Shown one piece after another: positions 37,328-49,236 of a stretch of DNA of 64,000 nt. The notes beneath the pieces are model-generated. The model had not been told where the DNA came from. It made no database searches and saw only the letters and a list, made by a program, of their open reading frames with translations. The DNA is from Flectonema sp. DT1601 (Eukaryota). Positions within the stretch are counted from its first letter, which is position 1, and each line of letters starts with the position of its first letter. The stretch lies in contig OZ025785.1 in NCBI GenBank assembly GCA_964019425.1, positions 1,550,001 to 1,614,000 on the forward strand, written 5' to 3'. The translations under genes were made by a program, and so were the position numbers.

Positions 37328-38813
37328 ATGGTTGAATTACCTGGGGTGTCCCCCACAAGACGAAAGCCTCCTCCAGTCGTCCCCTACTCTGGTTTACATG
37401 ATCACATTGGTGTTGACAGGAGTGGAATAACTCCCGTTAGAGGTGGAGGAGCAATGCTGGCTGGTTTAAAAGCTCGATCACCCGCTCTGTTGGAATTGGA
37501 TGAAACAGCTGATGCTAATTACCAACACAAAGCAAGGAATGCAACCACCCTTGTCGCTTTAGAACCGACGTCAGATTGGACTTTACGAAATGCTGAAGGC
37601 CGTCTGGCGGATGCAGATCGAAGAGTTCGACTGATGCAGGCGGAAGCAACACAACTCGATGCTCTCAGAAAACAACAACTGATGGCTGGAGAAGAAGAGG
37701 TGTTACATTTAAAGCGAAAGCTACTCGACGAATGGGAAGCAAGAGAACGAGAATGGGAACTTCGTAAGAGTGAAGAACTCCGAAATATGAAAATGAAGGA
37801 AGCGAAACTAGAAGAACAGTCAGAGCGCCTCCGTGATCTTGAACGCCGATCCGATGAACAACTTCGAAAGCAAGAAGAGACAATGAAAAGACGAATGATG
37901 GAAGCAGAATCAGAAAATACCAAATTCATTCAACAACTCGAGTCGCGAATGAAACGCGAGCTACGCGCTGAATTAGAACCTGAGCTACGCGACGAGATTG
38001 AGAGAGAACTCACTCACAAGATATCAAATGAGGTCAAAGTTGAGCTGCAACGTGAATTTCAGCGAATGTGCGAAGCGATGCGAATCGAAGTCACAAACGC
38101 GAGGGAACGACTCGCAGTCGAACTTGAACGCGAGCTAGAGCCACAGATTGAAGCTCGACTCACTCATCAGATTAAGGTACGAAATGTTTTTATTTGATAA
38201 GAGTTGTTATGTAATTAATAGTTCCTTTGTAATAATACAACAGAAATAATAAAACAACAAACAGGCCGGAATTGAACAAGAGTTACATGACACAGTCTTG
38301 GCACAACTTCGCGGGGCCAATAACGCAACTCAGCTTCTAAAAGATGAACTGACGAGTATGTATTTGATGAATGTTTTAATAAGTAGAACTAAAACAATAA
38401 TTATAACACAATCAGCATCACTTGATGATAGAGATAAGAATATAATGGAAGCTACTAATCTCAGGAAGGAGGTTTCTTCTCTTCAACAGGAGTTGCGACA
38501 GGCGAGGTCTGAATTGGCGGATTCTCAACGCAACTTACAGAAAGTAGATGACGACTATCGAACACTTGATGAGGAGCATCGACTTCTTCAAATGGCTGCT
38601 TCTGGTGTTCTTCAACAAGCTAGAATGGGAATGCCTCGCAATATTTCACCTCCCCGAAGACCAGATATTGCAGTCCCGTTATCTAATCATCAGCAGCCTC
38701 TCGTACAGAATCAATCAAGTCGTGGCCCTCCTGTTATATCTCTCTCACCACCTCCGCATAATCCGATGGCATGGCCACCTCAACTGCTTCCCAACGGTGG
38801 AGTAATCTGTTGA
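37328..38813 (+). CDS. Coiled-coil protein; exons 37328..38176, 38265..38355, 38416..38813 (445 aa)
   Basis: E/R/K-rich heptads and a Pro-rich tail; two introns restore continuity. Confidence 0.8.
38177..38264 (+). other. Spliceosomal intron, 88 nt
   Basis: GTACGA...AAAACAACAAACAG; joins ORF 37328 to the frame of ORF 38298. Confidence 0.8.
38356..38415 (+). other. Probable in-frame, stop-free intron, 60 nt
   Basis: GTATGT...AACACAATCAG; AT-rich and interrupts the coiled coil. Confidence 0.6.
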
Positions 38814-39358
38814 TATACATTTGGGATACCTGCCGTCAGATAGAAAACATCCTCACAATAAGCTCAACCATACAGTGACGTGATTCACACCTGTGGCTTT
38901 AGTGATTGTCTTTATAGATACTGCTGTAGCAGTTTTATTTTTTTTATTTTTGTATCTGTACTTTTCTTCATCGCTGTATTATCTTTAAACAGTCATGTGA
39001 AATTATTTTTTAAATTTAAAAAAAAAAAAAAAAAAAGATTGTTTCCCCCTTTTTTTTTTTTTTTTTTTCTCGTTGTTTCTTAAATTATTTTGTTCCCTTT
39101 TTTTTTATTAATCACAAGTTTCGTTAATAAACCAAACGGAGCGCTGTTATTTCGTTTAGATTTCAATAAAAACATTTGAAGAGGTATTCAACAGTATTTC
39201 CATCGGTTCTTCGACGCTGTAGAAGTCATCTGTTGGGTACTGTAGAGTTTGTTTGCTTGTCAATTCTGATTAAGTGTCTTCTCTATTTCACTTTAATTTC
39301 TTTACACAGCCATGGGTTCGTAGCAGCTGCCGAGACAAAAGACAGCACCGACGGAGAG

Positions 39359-40200
39359 ATGTGTTGCAATTATGTTATAACAGTGTTGCTAGTTTTGATA
39401 ATACAGAGCTACGCAGCATATGACAGAGGGAAGTGTGAAGCATGCATGTGGCTCCATGCAAAGTTACGAGAGGATCACGAGAAGTTAAATCCAAAAGTAA
39501 GAAAATTAGGAGGATTTAAGAAGTTCAGCAGAGCAGAGATCGCAGCAAAGGCGGTCGACGGATGGTGTGATGGCATCAAAGAAGTGATTTATTCAAACAC
39601 TAACCTTCCTGGAACAGAAGAGCTTCGTCAGTTTACTTTCTCAGACCTCTCTACTCTACTCGCTGTTTGTAAAGATCTTCAAGTTCGATACCGACTTAAT
39701 GCAGTGTCACTTCTTTCAGCAGCTACTACTCAAAAGAACCTTCCTCTTTCAATTCTCTGTTTAGATGATTGTAAGAAAGGAGGCAGGAAGAAGTTCGAAA
39801 AACCTCCAAAAGGCGACACCCCAATAAGGGAGTTCATAATCCCTGACGACAATGAACTACAAACGATGAAGGTCTGTACCATTTCTTATTTATAGCACTT
39901 CACAATCTGTGACTAAAGATGGTACCATCTATTCACTTGAGACGTAAACTAATAACAAAACAGGTATCAAAGCTGAAGTCTTTCTTACGTCAATGTGGAA
40001 TTGATGCCGCCACTGTCGGTGTCACGAAAGCAGATCTACGGAGCGCTGCACTCAAAGCAGCTGCAACGAAACGAATTGAGAAACTGGAAAAGGAGAAGTT
40101 GAAAGAGGAAGCTGACAGAAACGCGGAAAAAGCGGAACAGTCTGGAGAAGCTGACGGAAGTAAGGAAAAGATAGAACAGCATGAGAATAACGAGCTCTGA
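39359..40200 (+). CDS. Secretory saposin-like + SAP-like domain protein (MANF/ARMET- or Canopy-like); exons 39359..39871, 39964..40200 (249 aa)
   Basis: Signal peptide, KCEAC..WC..C..LC..C saposin Cys spacing, LQTMKVSKLKSFLRQCGI..KADL SAP-like motif across the junction, C-terminal NNEL. Confidence 0.6.
39872..39963 (+). other. Spliceosomal intron, 92 nt
   Basis: GTCTGT...TAATAACAAAACAG; recreates MKVSKLK. Confidence 0.8.
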
Positions 40201-40583
40201 ATTGACTCAGAGAGAGTGAGTGAGATGTCAGGTTGCTATGAGTCTCGTATTACTGGAAGTTCAGTACTTATGAAAACACAAATAATTGTCGCATTCACAT
40301 CCTGTAGTAGGTTCGTGATTCGACGTAAGTTCCACAGCAGAATGTTTGCTGTGAGAAAGTAGCTGTATTTGTTTGTCGTTTCTTTTAAGGTCGAAGCGCA
40401 GCTTTGAAGTGCAGCTTGACAAGTTATAGAAAGAGAGAGAGAGAGACGCATTTGTCACATATTTTGTTAATAATAAGTGTTTTCATTAACAGTGCAACCC
40501 AAAGCCAAAATGCAAACAGGAATTATCTCCCTGTTCGCTTCGGTTGGGTTGCACTTTTCCCCCCGTTTCTTTTTTTCTTTTTT

Positions 40584-40614
<31 letters not shown>

Positions 40615-40953
40615 GAAAATTGAAGAGGAAGGCAAGACTAACTTGTCTTTCAGGAGTTTTTTCCGCATTTCTTGTTTTCTTTTTTTGTTTTTGCTCATAT
40701 TTTTCTGCGGACGAAGGAACCGGCACGCTCCCTGCCAGTTGCCATCTGTGGCCAGTCACAAGTTATTGTTTTCGATAATTAAACAAATCAATACGAAGCA
40801 GAAACCAGAACGATATCTTTAACAGGCGATCACAAATGACAGCAGACACACATCGCAAGAACTTGTTTTTACTATTTAAGTATACTAAATACGTATTGTG
40901 ATTCTCTCAGACTAATACTCATAAAATGATTCATCTCGTATAAGAATATTCTA

Positions 40954-42482
40954 ATGGAGGATTTAAAATCAAGGTTGGATGCTGCAGAAGAGCTTCACCG
41001 TATGGAAACAGATGCGATGGCAGCAATAGCTAATTACATGCGTCAGATAGTTAAATTATCTGCAACAGGAGAATCAGCTGGTCCGATCGCTTTCTCTCAG
41101 ACAGATTACCAACCCGCCATCGGTAACGGAACTGTCGTAAGGAAACGACAAGAAGCCGATGCTGACTTTGACTCGCCAATCATAAAGCGACAGAAAGATG
41201 ACAGTCAGACTTCATCACCGGAGAAGGCAACCACAAAATATGTAAAAAAAGAAAACGAATCAGATACTGACCACGCTGGTCGACTCATACTAACTTACGG
41301 TAAAGATGACGTGAAGGGAGTAGCAGAAGTAATTACTTCACTAAAACTATCAATGGGAGAGCTGATTGATACAATACTCGACTACATGGATAAGACTGAT
41401 GATGTTTCTTATTCAGTTCTGTCAGAAATTCTACTCGAGTCTGGAAACAGCGATGACGTGTTGAAAACACTCCTCGACTGGATGCAACGTCTGCTGGTCC
41501 GACCGCTGTCTTCAGAAAGTGATTTTGTTTGTATTTACACAGCGTTCTCTAACCTCGCTGGACTTTGCTGTGCTGTCGGAAAGACTGCTGTTTGCGAAGT
41601 CGTTTGCTTTGACACCTTTTGTCTGTTTGCATCTCTTCTGACTGGTAACCCGCTACCTGCGAACACAAATTCCGTTTTTAGGGCTTCGGCTGCTGCTGCT
41701 GCTGGTATTCTATCAAAGTACACAATACCTTACGATAGAAGTTGGGCTTTCTGTGCTCATTTAATATTAAAAGACCTCGCAGAGAGTGAAACTGAGGTAG
41801 TTAAAGTTCACACTGCTGGGTGTCAGAACTTCTTATCGGAATTATCAGAAATATTATTTCTACCAAAGTTAGAGACAGACTACATTTCAATAAAGACTCG
41901 AGTACTGGGAAGACTTCTTGAGAGGCGGGGGAACTGCAATCGGAAATTGCAGTCGGATGCTATTCTGACGATCGGTCTTTGTGGTGCTCGTTTTGGATTC
42001 GATTTCTGTCACACAACTCGCAACTCGAAACTTGTTTCAGATGTCGTCGATGTTATGTCTGCGAGGGGAAGACTCGACCAAACCAGCGTTTCTGTTGTTC
42101 GAATGCTTTCGTCTTTGTATCTCGTCTTTGTTAGTCATCATTCACTACTACCACATCAAAAGAAGGAAGTCGCTGATCTTGCGCTTCAGATTCTACAAAA
42201 CTGCGATGACGATACTGCTCGAGATGCTGCTCTGTTCACATACCTCACTGTGTCAGATTCTAAACAGAATTTGGGTGATGTCGCTATTCAGGTAAGTGTT
42301 ATTACTTATAATTAAATTAATACTTTCACTCTCCTAAGAGAGGCGGCCTCTACTTTTAGTTTCGCAATAACAAAAAACAGACGATTACGAAGTTTAGAAA
42401 TAACGACAAACAACCCTGGATGGTAGAATTGTTTTCAGATGTTGATTGCAGTCAGTCAGTAGTTCAAAATGGAGTGAAGTAA
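40954..42482 (+). CDS. Hypothetical alpha-helical (ARM/HEAT-like) protein; exons 40954..42291, 42381..42482 (479 aa)
   Basis: Long Leu/Ala-rich helical ORF with a basic NLS-like segment; no family recognised. Confidence 0.75.
42292..42380 (+). other. Spliceosomal intron, 89 nt
   Basis: CAG|GTAAGT...TAACAAAAAACAG, followed by a 34-codon open exon. Confidence 0.8.
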
Positions 42483-42698
42483 CTGACTTCTGTCTTTACG
42501 GAGCTGTTCATCGATCGACATTTTCATTCTAAAAGATGATTGCGTTAAATAATGTCAGCCTTTGGATAAATAAATACTTTTATTGCATTACTTTTCTTAT
42601 AACTCACGGCAGGTTACTTCACGACATGTGAGCAGACGAGTTGTCTTTTTAATGAGAAGCTCACTTAAAGATTTACTTCAATCAGCTTTCTAAATAAA

Positions 42699-43253
42699 AT
42701 GGGATGCTGTGGTAGTGTTGAAGGATGGGAAGAACAAATAGTTGATGTTCCTCAAAACTTCGAACTGTACGGAGGGAATGACGAAGACTACACCAACAAG
42801 CAAAAAACATTTCGGGTAAACACGGGGTACAGTCCTGCAGATGGCTGGACGTTTGCTATTCATGACGTGGAATCGATCTATTTAACGACGGCGAGCTCTT
42901 CCAAAGTTAAGAATAAAATGAACATCAAGACGATGAAGAATAGTGATGTCCTTTACACGACAACCTATTCAAAGGGCGGGTGGCAAATCCACCGCGAAGA
43001 TACCCTCATCGCTAACATCAAGAGGAGTGGTATGACAGAATACCACTACAGAGTGTGTGATGTGAAAGGTAAAGTTCTATTCAGCGTAACTTCCGGAATG
43101 TGTGGTAAAGACAGTGTAGCTGTCTATAGAACTCCTCAGGGAAAAGTATTCGCTAAAGTTGATCAGACTCGGGTATCTGTTGGAAGTGGTGTCAATGTTC
43201 CATTTCTTCTGGCGTTCATCTGCACGTCGATCCTTCCTAATCCGATGTCTTAA
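42699..43253 (+). CDS. LURP-one/tubby C-terminal/scramblase-like protein with N-terminal acylation motif
   Basis: MGCCGS (myristoylation/palmitoylation-like), repeated beta-hairpins, terminal VGSGVNVPFLLAFIC helix. Confidence 0.6.
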   Translation: MGCCGSVEGWEEQIVDVPQNFELYGGNDEDYTNKQKTFRVNTGYSPADGWTFAIHDVESIYLTTASSSKVKNKMNIKTMKNSDVLYTTTYSKGGWQIHREDTLIANIKRSGMTEYHYRVCDVKGKVLFSVTSGMCGKDSVAVYRTPQGKVFAKVDQTRVSVGSGVNVPFLLAFICTSILPNPMS

Positions 43254-43787
43254 TAACATTTGACTTATCATTTATCGTAACAGTTGGACCTTTGGGTTCG
43301 ATCCAAATAATATTTTGGTGGTTTTAAATCTCTGCTCTGTTCTAAACTTTTCAAACCAATCACAGCGTCACGCTATTCCCGATTGTGTGTTGAATTGGTA
43401 ACACACTTTTGGAATTTTTTATTTTCACTTTTAGTTCCGTTCAATTCCCTAAGTCGTTGCTACTGTGAGATACGTCGGCAGCACCTGTCGCATCAGCGAC
43501 TTCCGCTGCCTTCAAGAGAACAGAGCAATGCAACGAAGTGCTGCGGCATTTCACTTCCTCCCCTGAAAGTAATCTTTTTGTTCGAAACTAAATACTTTCT
43601 TATCCTTTCTATTAATTGATCCGCGTGGTAAGAGTTAATATCTTAATACAGCTGTACAACTGTGTAGGTCGTTAGTAATAATAAAGCGTAAGTAGTACTT
43701 TTATTTATAAACATCTCTTTCTCAGAACAGTAAAGTGATTGGACGTATTCCATTTGATGAATTCTGTTATGTAGTTGTTGGTGAATT

Positions 43788-46700
43788 ATGACGTCGTCTC
43801 CGAATCGGAGTGGAGGTCTCGGGGGGTTGTTAAAACAGATGAGAAGAATGCATGGTGAGATTGGTACTCGGAAACAGTTTACTGAGAATGGATCGTTTTC
43901 AACGAACCCTTCGAGGAGAGACAGTAGAATAATACCAACAGAAGATGAGGATATACTACCAGCTGTTATCACTTCAGCTGTGAGTATGACAACTGCTGAG
44001 CAACCAACTGAAGCCGACTACGAAACAGAGTCGGTGACAACCGAAAGTTCAGTCCATCCCTCTCCAAGTAGATCTCTTCCTTCTCAAAGTCCAAATAGTT
44101 CGCCCAATCGGAAGCAACGAATTCAACAACCGAATCAATCAATGATTGATACTTCATTATTTCAGTTCCCTGTCGGTACCGCTGTTGAAGCTCGCGGTCT
44201 AATCGATGCGAAGGTCTTAAATGGGTTACGAGGAATGATAGTCGACGACAGTCGGCAAGACGGACGTCTCGTTGTAGACTTTGGCCCCCCTCAGGGGAGG
44301 AGGGCTTTAAGGGCGACTAGTTTGACTGCTATCGATCTGGAACATGACTTGAGTATAATGTTTAATGGAATAGCGAAGTGGTTTCGTCCTGTTTTTGATG
44401 TTCAGAAAGTGTCTCCACAACAACGTCGAGTCATGGGATCTTTGGCAAGAAGAGACAAGCGGAGATGGGTTGTCGACTTACTCACTCGAGTCATCTACCG
44501 ACCTCAGCAAGCAACAGGACAGACAGCTTCTGATGCAGTAAAACAGGTGTTAGACCCGACGACCAAGTCGCACCCTCATTCGGATGTTTTTAAGATCGAA
44601 CGAGACTTGACAGACATGAAGCGAATTGTTATTCGATTTGCTAAAACAGAACACGTCCACGATCTGGAATTCCACACCGCTGCTGACCGCCAAAGGTTTT
44701 ATGAATGTGTGAAAGCAATGCGACTCGACTTACTGTGGTGTCCGAGTATGGTTTTAGGTAAACAGGTTCAGGGACTGACTCAGAATAATCAAATAGTTGG
44801 AATAAATGGAAGTACTGAAGTACCGATAGCTGGCGGCACGACAGGAGAGATGCAGCGAATGTCAGGACAAACCAAATTAAAAGTATCACAATATCCTACT
44901 ACAGAACAAAGTATATGGGTAGGAAGTATAGAGATTGGTGACTCTACACTCACAGCAGACACAGATTTCAGTGAATGGCTTGTACCTGACGGTAGTGATG
45001 TTGTTGTTATTGGACTGGTTGGAGTTCCAACTGAAAAGGAAACAAAATCAAAAGAAAAAGATGAAGATGGTCGCTGGTCTTCAATTTTCAATGAACTCCT
45101 TCGAGACATGGGATACATCGCCATGCTTACAACTGAAACCAGTTCCAGCAATAAACGAAATGTGATTGTATTAGTTTACTGTAAGAAACCAATCGCGTTT
45201 CATATATCAAATGTATCCGCCTGGACAGGTTGTCACACGAGGTCTTATAAGGGAAGATCAATATTATCAAAAAAACAATCAGTTGCAACTGACTTAGTGA
45301 GTCTTTCATTTAATTTAAGAGAGTCTTCACTTTGTTTTATTTGTACATCACTACGAGCAGTCGCTGACGGATCTTCAGATGAGGCCACTGCAGCCAGGAA
45401 TGATGTGCTGCAGGAATTACTTGCAAAGTCAGAAAGTGGAATGCCAGGAGGAGACTCGTTGTCAAGATTTCATCACGTCTTTATATTAGGATGTGTTGGT
45501 CATGGTTATAAAGGTTCAACAACACCACACAGTTGGACAACTCTAAGTTCATTACCTCGAGGAAGTGACAGACTCTCAAGAGAAATAGCTCTTGGACAAG
45601 CACTCCACGGATTCTCTGAAGGTGACTTAACAATGAATGATCAAATGGCTGATGCCTGTCTTGATCAACGAGTCTTATGGAAGTCACCAACATCAATGAG
45701 CAGCAGACCTATTCGGTATTCCTGTTATTCTGTTGCTGGAATGCACTCTGTGGGATCGATATTTAAGGTTGATGTAAATCTTTTATTCGCTGAGGCATTC
45801 TCAAAACCAACACCGCGACGGTCGATAATATTGGAACGCTGTGCTGTCAGAAATTTGACGAAAAAACTTTCACAGAAAGCTCAAATAACGTGCTGGACGG
45901 ACTTTTCGGATCAAGCGCTATTACGAGGAGCAGAACTGAGGTATGACGCTGCGAATGATGATTACCAGGGGTCAGGTATTCCTGTTATTGATCCAGTCAC
46001 TCACTCATCACTATTCGTTGCGAGACAATATCTAATCTTATCTGTAAAAGATAAAGATACAGTCATAGGAGCTGCTTCGCTTTCTCTGTCTACTGCAGTT
46101 GCGAATCCTGGAAAACCTATTCCGTTTGATCTTCAGTTAACAAAAGGAGCCATCGAAGTCTCCGGAAAACTAACTGGAACGGTTCGTATCAATGAAGACT
46201 TCGCTCCTGTCATTGAAGCCAGTAGGGAATGGAATGAACAGATTAATGTGAATATTAAGAAAATGATGAAAGAAGAAGCGATGAATCGCGAGCAGCTTAT
46301 CCGCGAAGAGCAAATGAATTGCGAACCACTCTCTGTGATGTGGGAAGTTTCAAAAGCAGAAACAGAAATGAAATTTCGGGAAAGGATGCTCCACATACGA
46401 ACCCAATGCAGGGCAACAGAAAGAGAGGAGGAACCTTTTCGTAGAACGATACTCGCGACAGAAGATATCGAGAGGGAAAGTATTTGGGAAGAACGAGCCC
46501 AAGAAAAGCGTCAAGTGATACTACTTGAAGCAAGACAAGCAGCTGTACAACAAGAAGGTATCAGTCGTCAATTAATCCACAACTCTGAAGAACAAGAGTG
46601 GCATCGGATAACTTGGAAACAATCTCAACGACAATCTCTGGTGGAAGAGGAAGCAGAAATCCGTTCAGAAGTACATCAAGACTATCGACTCATATTGTAT

Positions 46701-48220
46701 CAACTGATGGATGCAGCAGCTACTGAGAAGAGAGATATTGAGTTCTTCATTCAGGAACTGAAGGAGCAGAACGCAACTGACCGACAGCACCTGTTCGATA
46801 CCGAAGCGGACTGTCGAATTGAAATAATTCGCGAGGAGGACGAGTTGTTGTTTCAAATTGAAATACAGAAAATTGATCATCTGACTGCAGCACGTAAGCA
46901 GTTCGAAGAACGCTTAGCACGTGACAAGGACTCTCAACAGCATTGTATGGCTGAGGAAGAAACTGCGCGAACTGCTCTCCATCGCCAGGAACTTCAGGAG
47001 TGGAGTGACCTCTGTGACTATCGCTGTGCAGACTTGACAACAACAGTTCGCGATATCATTTCAATATTACTAAGCAAGGAAGACGATCATCGTGCAAACC
47101 ACCTCCTGGAAGAAGATATGCACTGGCAGAATATGATGGGAGAAGAACTCTCCGCCTGGCGTATCTCTGCCAGAGATGCCGCTCGTTTGAAGACCAGTAA
47201 AATATTTAACCCTGCAAGAACTGCCTTACTTTCTAGAAATCACTCTCCGACCTCCCTTTTAGAACTTCGTAAGAAGAAAGCCGACGAGAGGGCCGCCAGG
47301 GAAAAGGAAGCAGCTGAGGAGGCCAAAGAAAAAGAAAGTCCCGACTTGGGGACAGTATCTCCATTGCAGACTCCAAAACAATGTTTTAATGAGTTCGATG
47401 AATCACAACAGCAGTCAATTGAAAAGGAGGTCCCTCCAAATGAAGAAGAACCTTTAACAGTTCCAACAGAAAGTGAACTGGTAGGACTCCTGCAGGCTGC
47501 TGACGAGGCGCTGGAAAGGGTCGGAGTTCAGTTGTCAGAATCGGTCATACGGTCGAGGCAGTCCTCAAAACAGCCACCAGATCCCCCGTCGGAGAATAAG
47601 AGGAATCCTGGCACACCTTCTCCTCAGCGACATCACTGCGAAGCACACGATGAGGTACTCCAACTCAGAAAACAACTTCACGCCCACCAACAAGAAGTTG
47701 AATCCCTTCGGCAGAGCATCTCATCTGCTCGACTCAGCGAATACGAAGCACAGCACGTACTCCTCGAGAGGAGCGCAATGAGAAATCATTTATCTTCTCA
47801 GGTATGTAGACTCTTGTTGGGTAGTCGGATACTTCAGGTGTAGAGGTAACAATAATTAAAATAACATAAAAACAGGCTGACGATGCCGCGAGGTGGAGAG
47901 CTGCAGTTGCACTTGTAGAAGAGAATCCCGTCTGTCAACACTGCGGAGTTAGTAATAATTCTGTTTTAGGACATCAGACTCATCAAAGTGATGTATTTGG
48001 GGATGCGAATCATTTACTAAACCGTTCTAATGATAGGCAACGACTACTAACAGAAGCTCTAGCAAGAGTTAGTAGACTGAAGAGTGGATCTACTTCACCA
48101 TCTCCCAGAAGAGGAATGAATATTGGAATGGGAGGACATCGTTCAGCATCAGTCTCAACTTCAATAAGAGGGAAGTGTAGAGCCGCTGATACTGTCAGAG
48201 ACCAAACAAATCCTTACTAG
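43788..48220 (+). CDS. Degenerate inositol polyphosphate 5-phosphatase-like multidomain protein (SH3-like, PH-like, EEP, C2, coiled coil); exons 43788..47801, 47876..48220 (1452 aa)
   Basis: DVVVIGL, SFNLRESSLCFICTSL, RFHHVFILG, DRL..FSEGDL, QRVLWKS follow 5-phosphatase motif order with catalytic residues altered. Confidence 0.65.
47802..47875 (+). other. Spliceosomal intron, 74 nt
   Basis: CAG|GTATGT...ACATAAAAACAG, followed by a 115-codon open exon. Confidence 0.85.
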
Positions 48221-49236
48221 ATCTGAGTTAGTTTTCATGTTCTGGTTATTGACTGGGAGTAGCCATCGCTGCATGTGCAACCGGAATTGAAAAACAATAT
48301 GTACCTTCGGGATGAAGGTCGACTGCTCTTTTTCTTGTTTTCTTTTGTACTATTCTTGAGAGCGAAGATGTCACATTCTGATGCCAGCACTCAGTTGTTC
48401 GATCTTTCACTTGTTCTTCGTAATTATTAGTTAACCAATCTGCTGTGCGTACCATTGAAGTTGTGTTCAGATTGTAAGTAGTGGTTCCCTATCCTTTAGT
48501 TATTTGCGTCATCTTTTTTCTGGTGCAATTCGAAGAATTTGAAACTTAATTTCCCCTTCGTGATTCATTCATTTGTAAAGTGACACGTTGACTTTCCTTT
48601 ACTTTTGTGTCACATTTTTGTCACTCTTCGTGTTGGCACTAAAACGATTCAATTTTTGTTATTTTTTTGATAAATTTTAAGAAAAAGGGGAAAAAAAGGG
48701 GGGGGAATTGTTTATTTAGTTTTCTTGTTCTGATTGCGGTTCTTAACTCTACTTTGGTGCTGTTTTTTTATTTTCTTTCTTACGCCCGCCATGGTCTCTG
48801 CGAAGTGGGCAATGTGTAGTTTTTTTTTTGAGTTAGGTCGCTTCTCAAAATCAGTTGCGGATTTTCAGTAGTTGGTTTTTGTCAAAAGAAACATAAAAAA
48901 GATTTTTTTTTATTTTTTTTTTCGTTTTGTTTAGCCTTTCGAATTTGCTCACGAAAAAAAAAAAAGAAATAAGAAATTGTATTCATCTCTTCCTTCCCAT
49001 TTCCCCCTTCGGTTTGGTCAACAAAAAACAGTTTGTAAACAACCATCGCTTCTAACGATTTGTCTGACGTTGTTTGTTATGAATGTTTTATAAGAATCAG
49101 GAAAACAACACACAAATGGACTTCTTACAGATCGATTCAATCTAATTTAACAATCACGTTGATATTATTTTATTATAATTCTTCACAGTAGCCACGCCAA
49201 GTTTGGTGTTGGCGGTGTTGGTTAACTTTAGTAATA

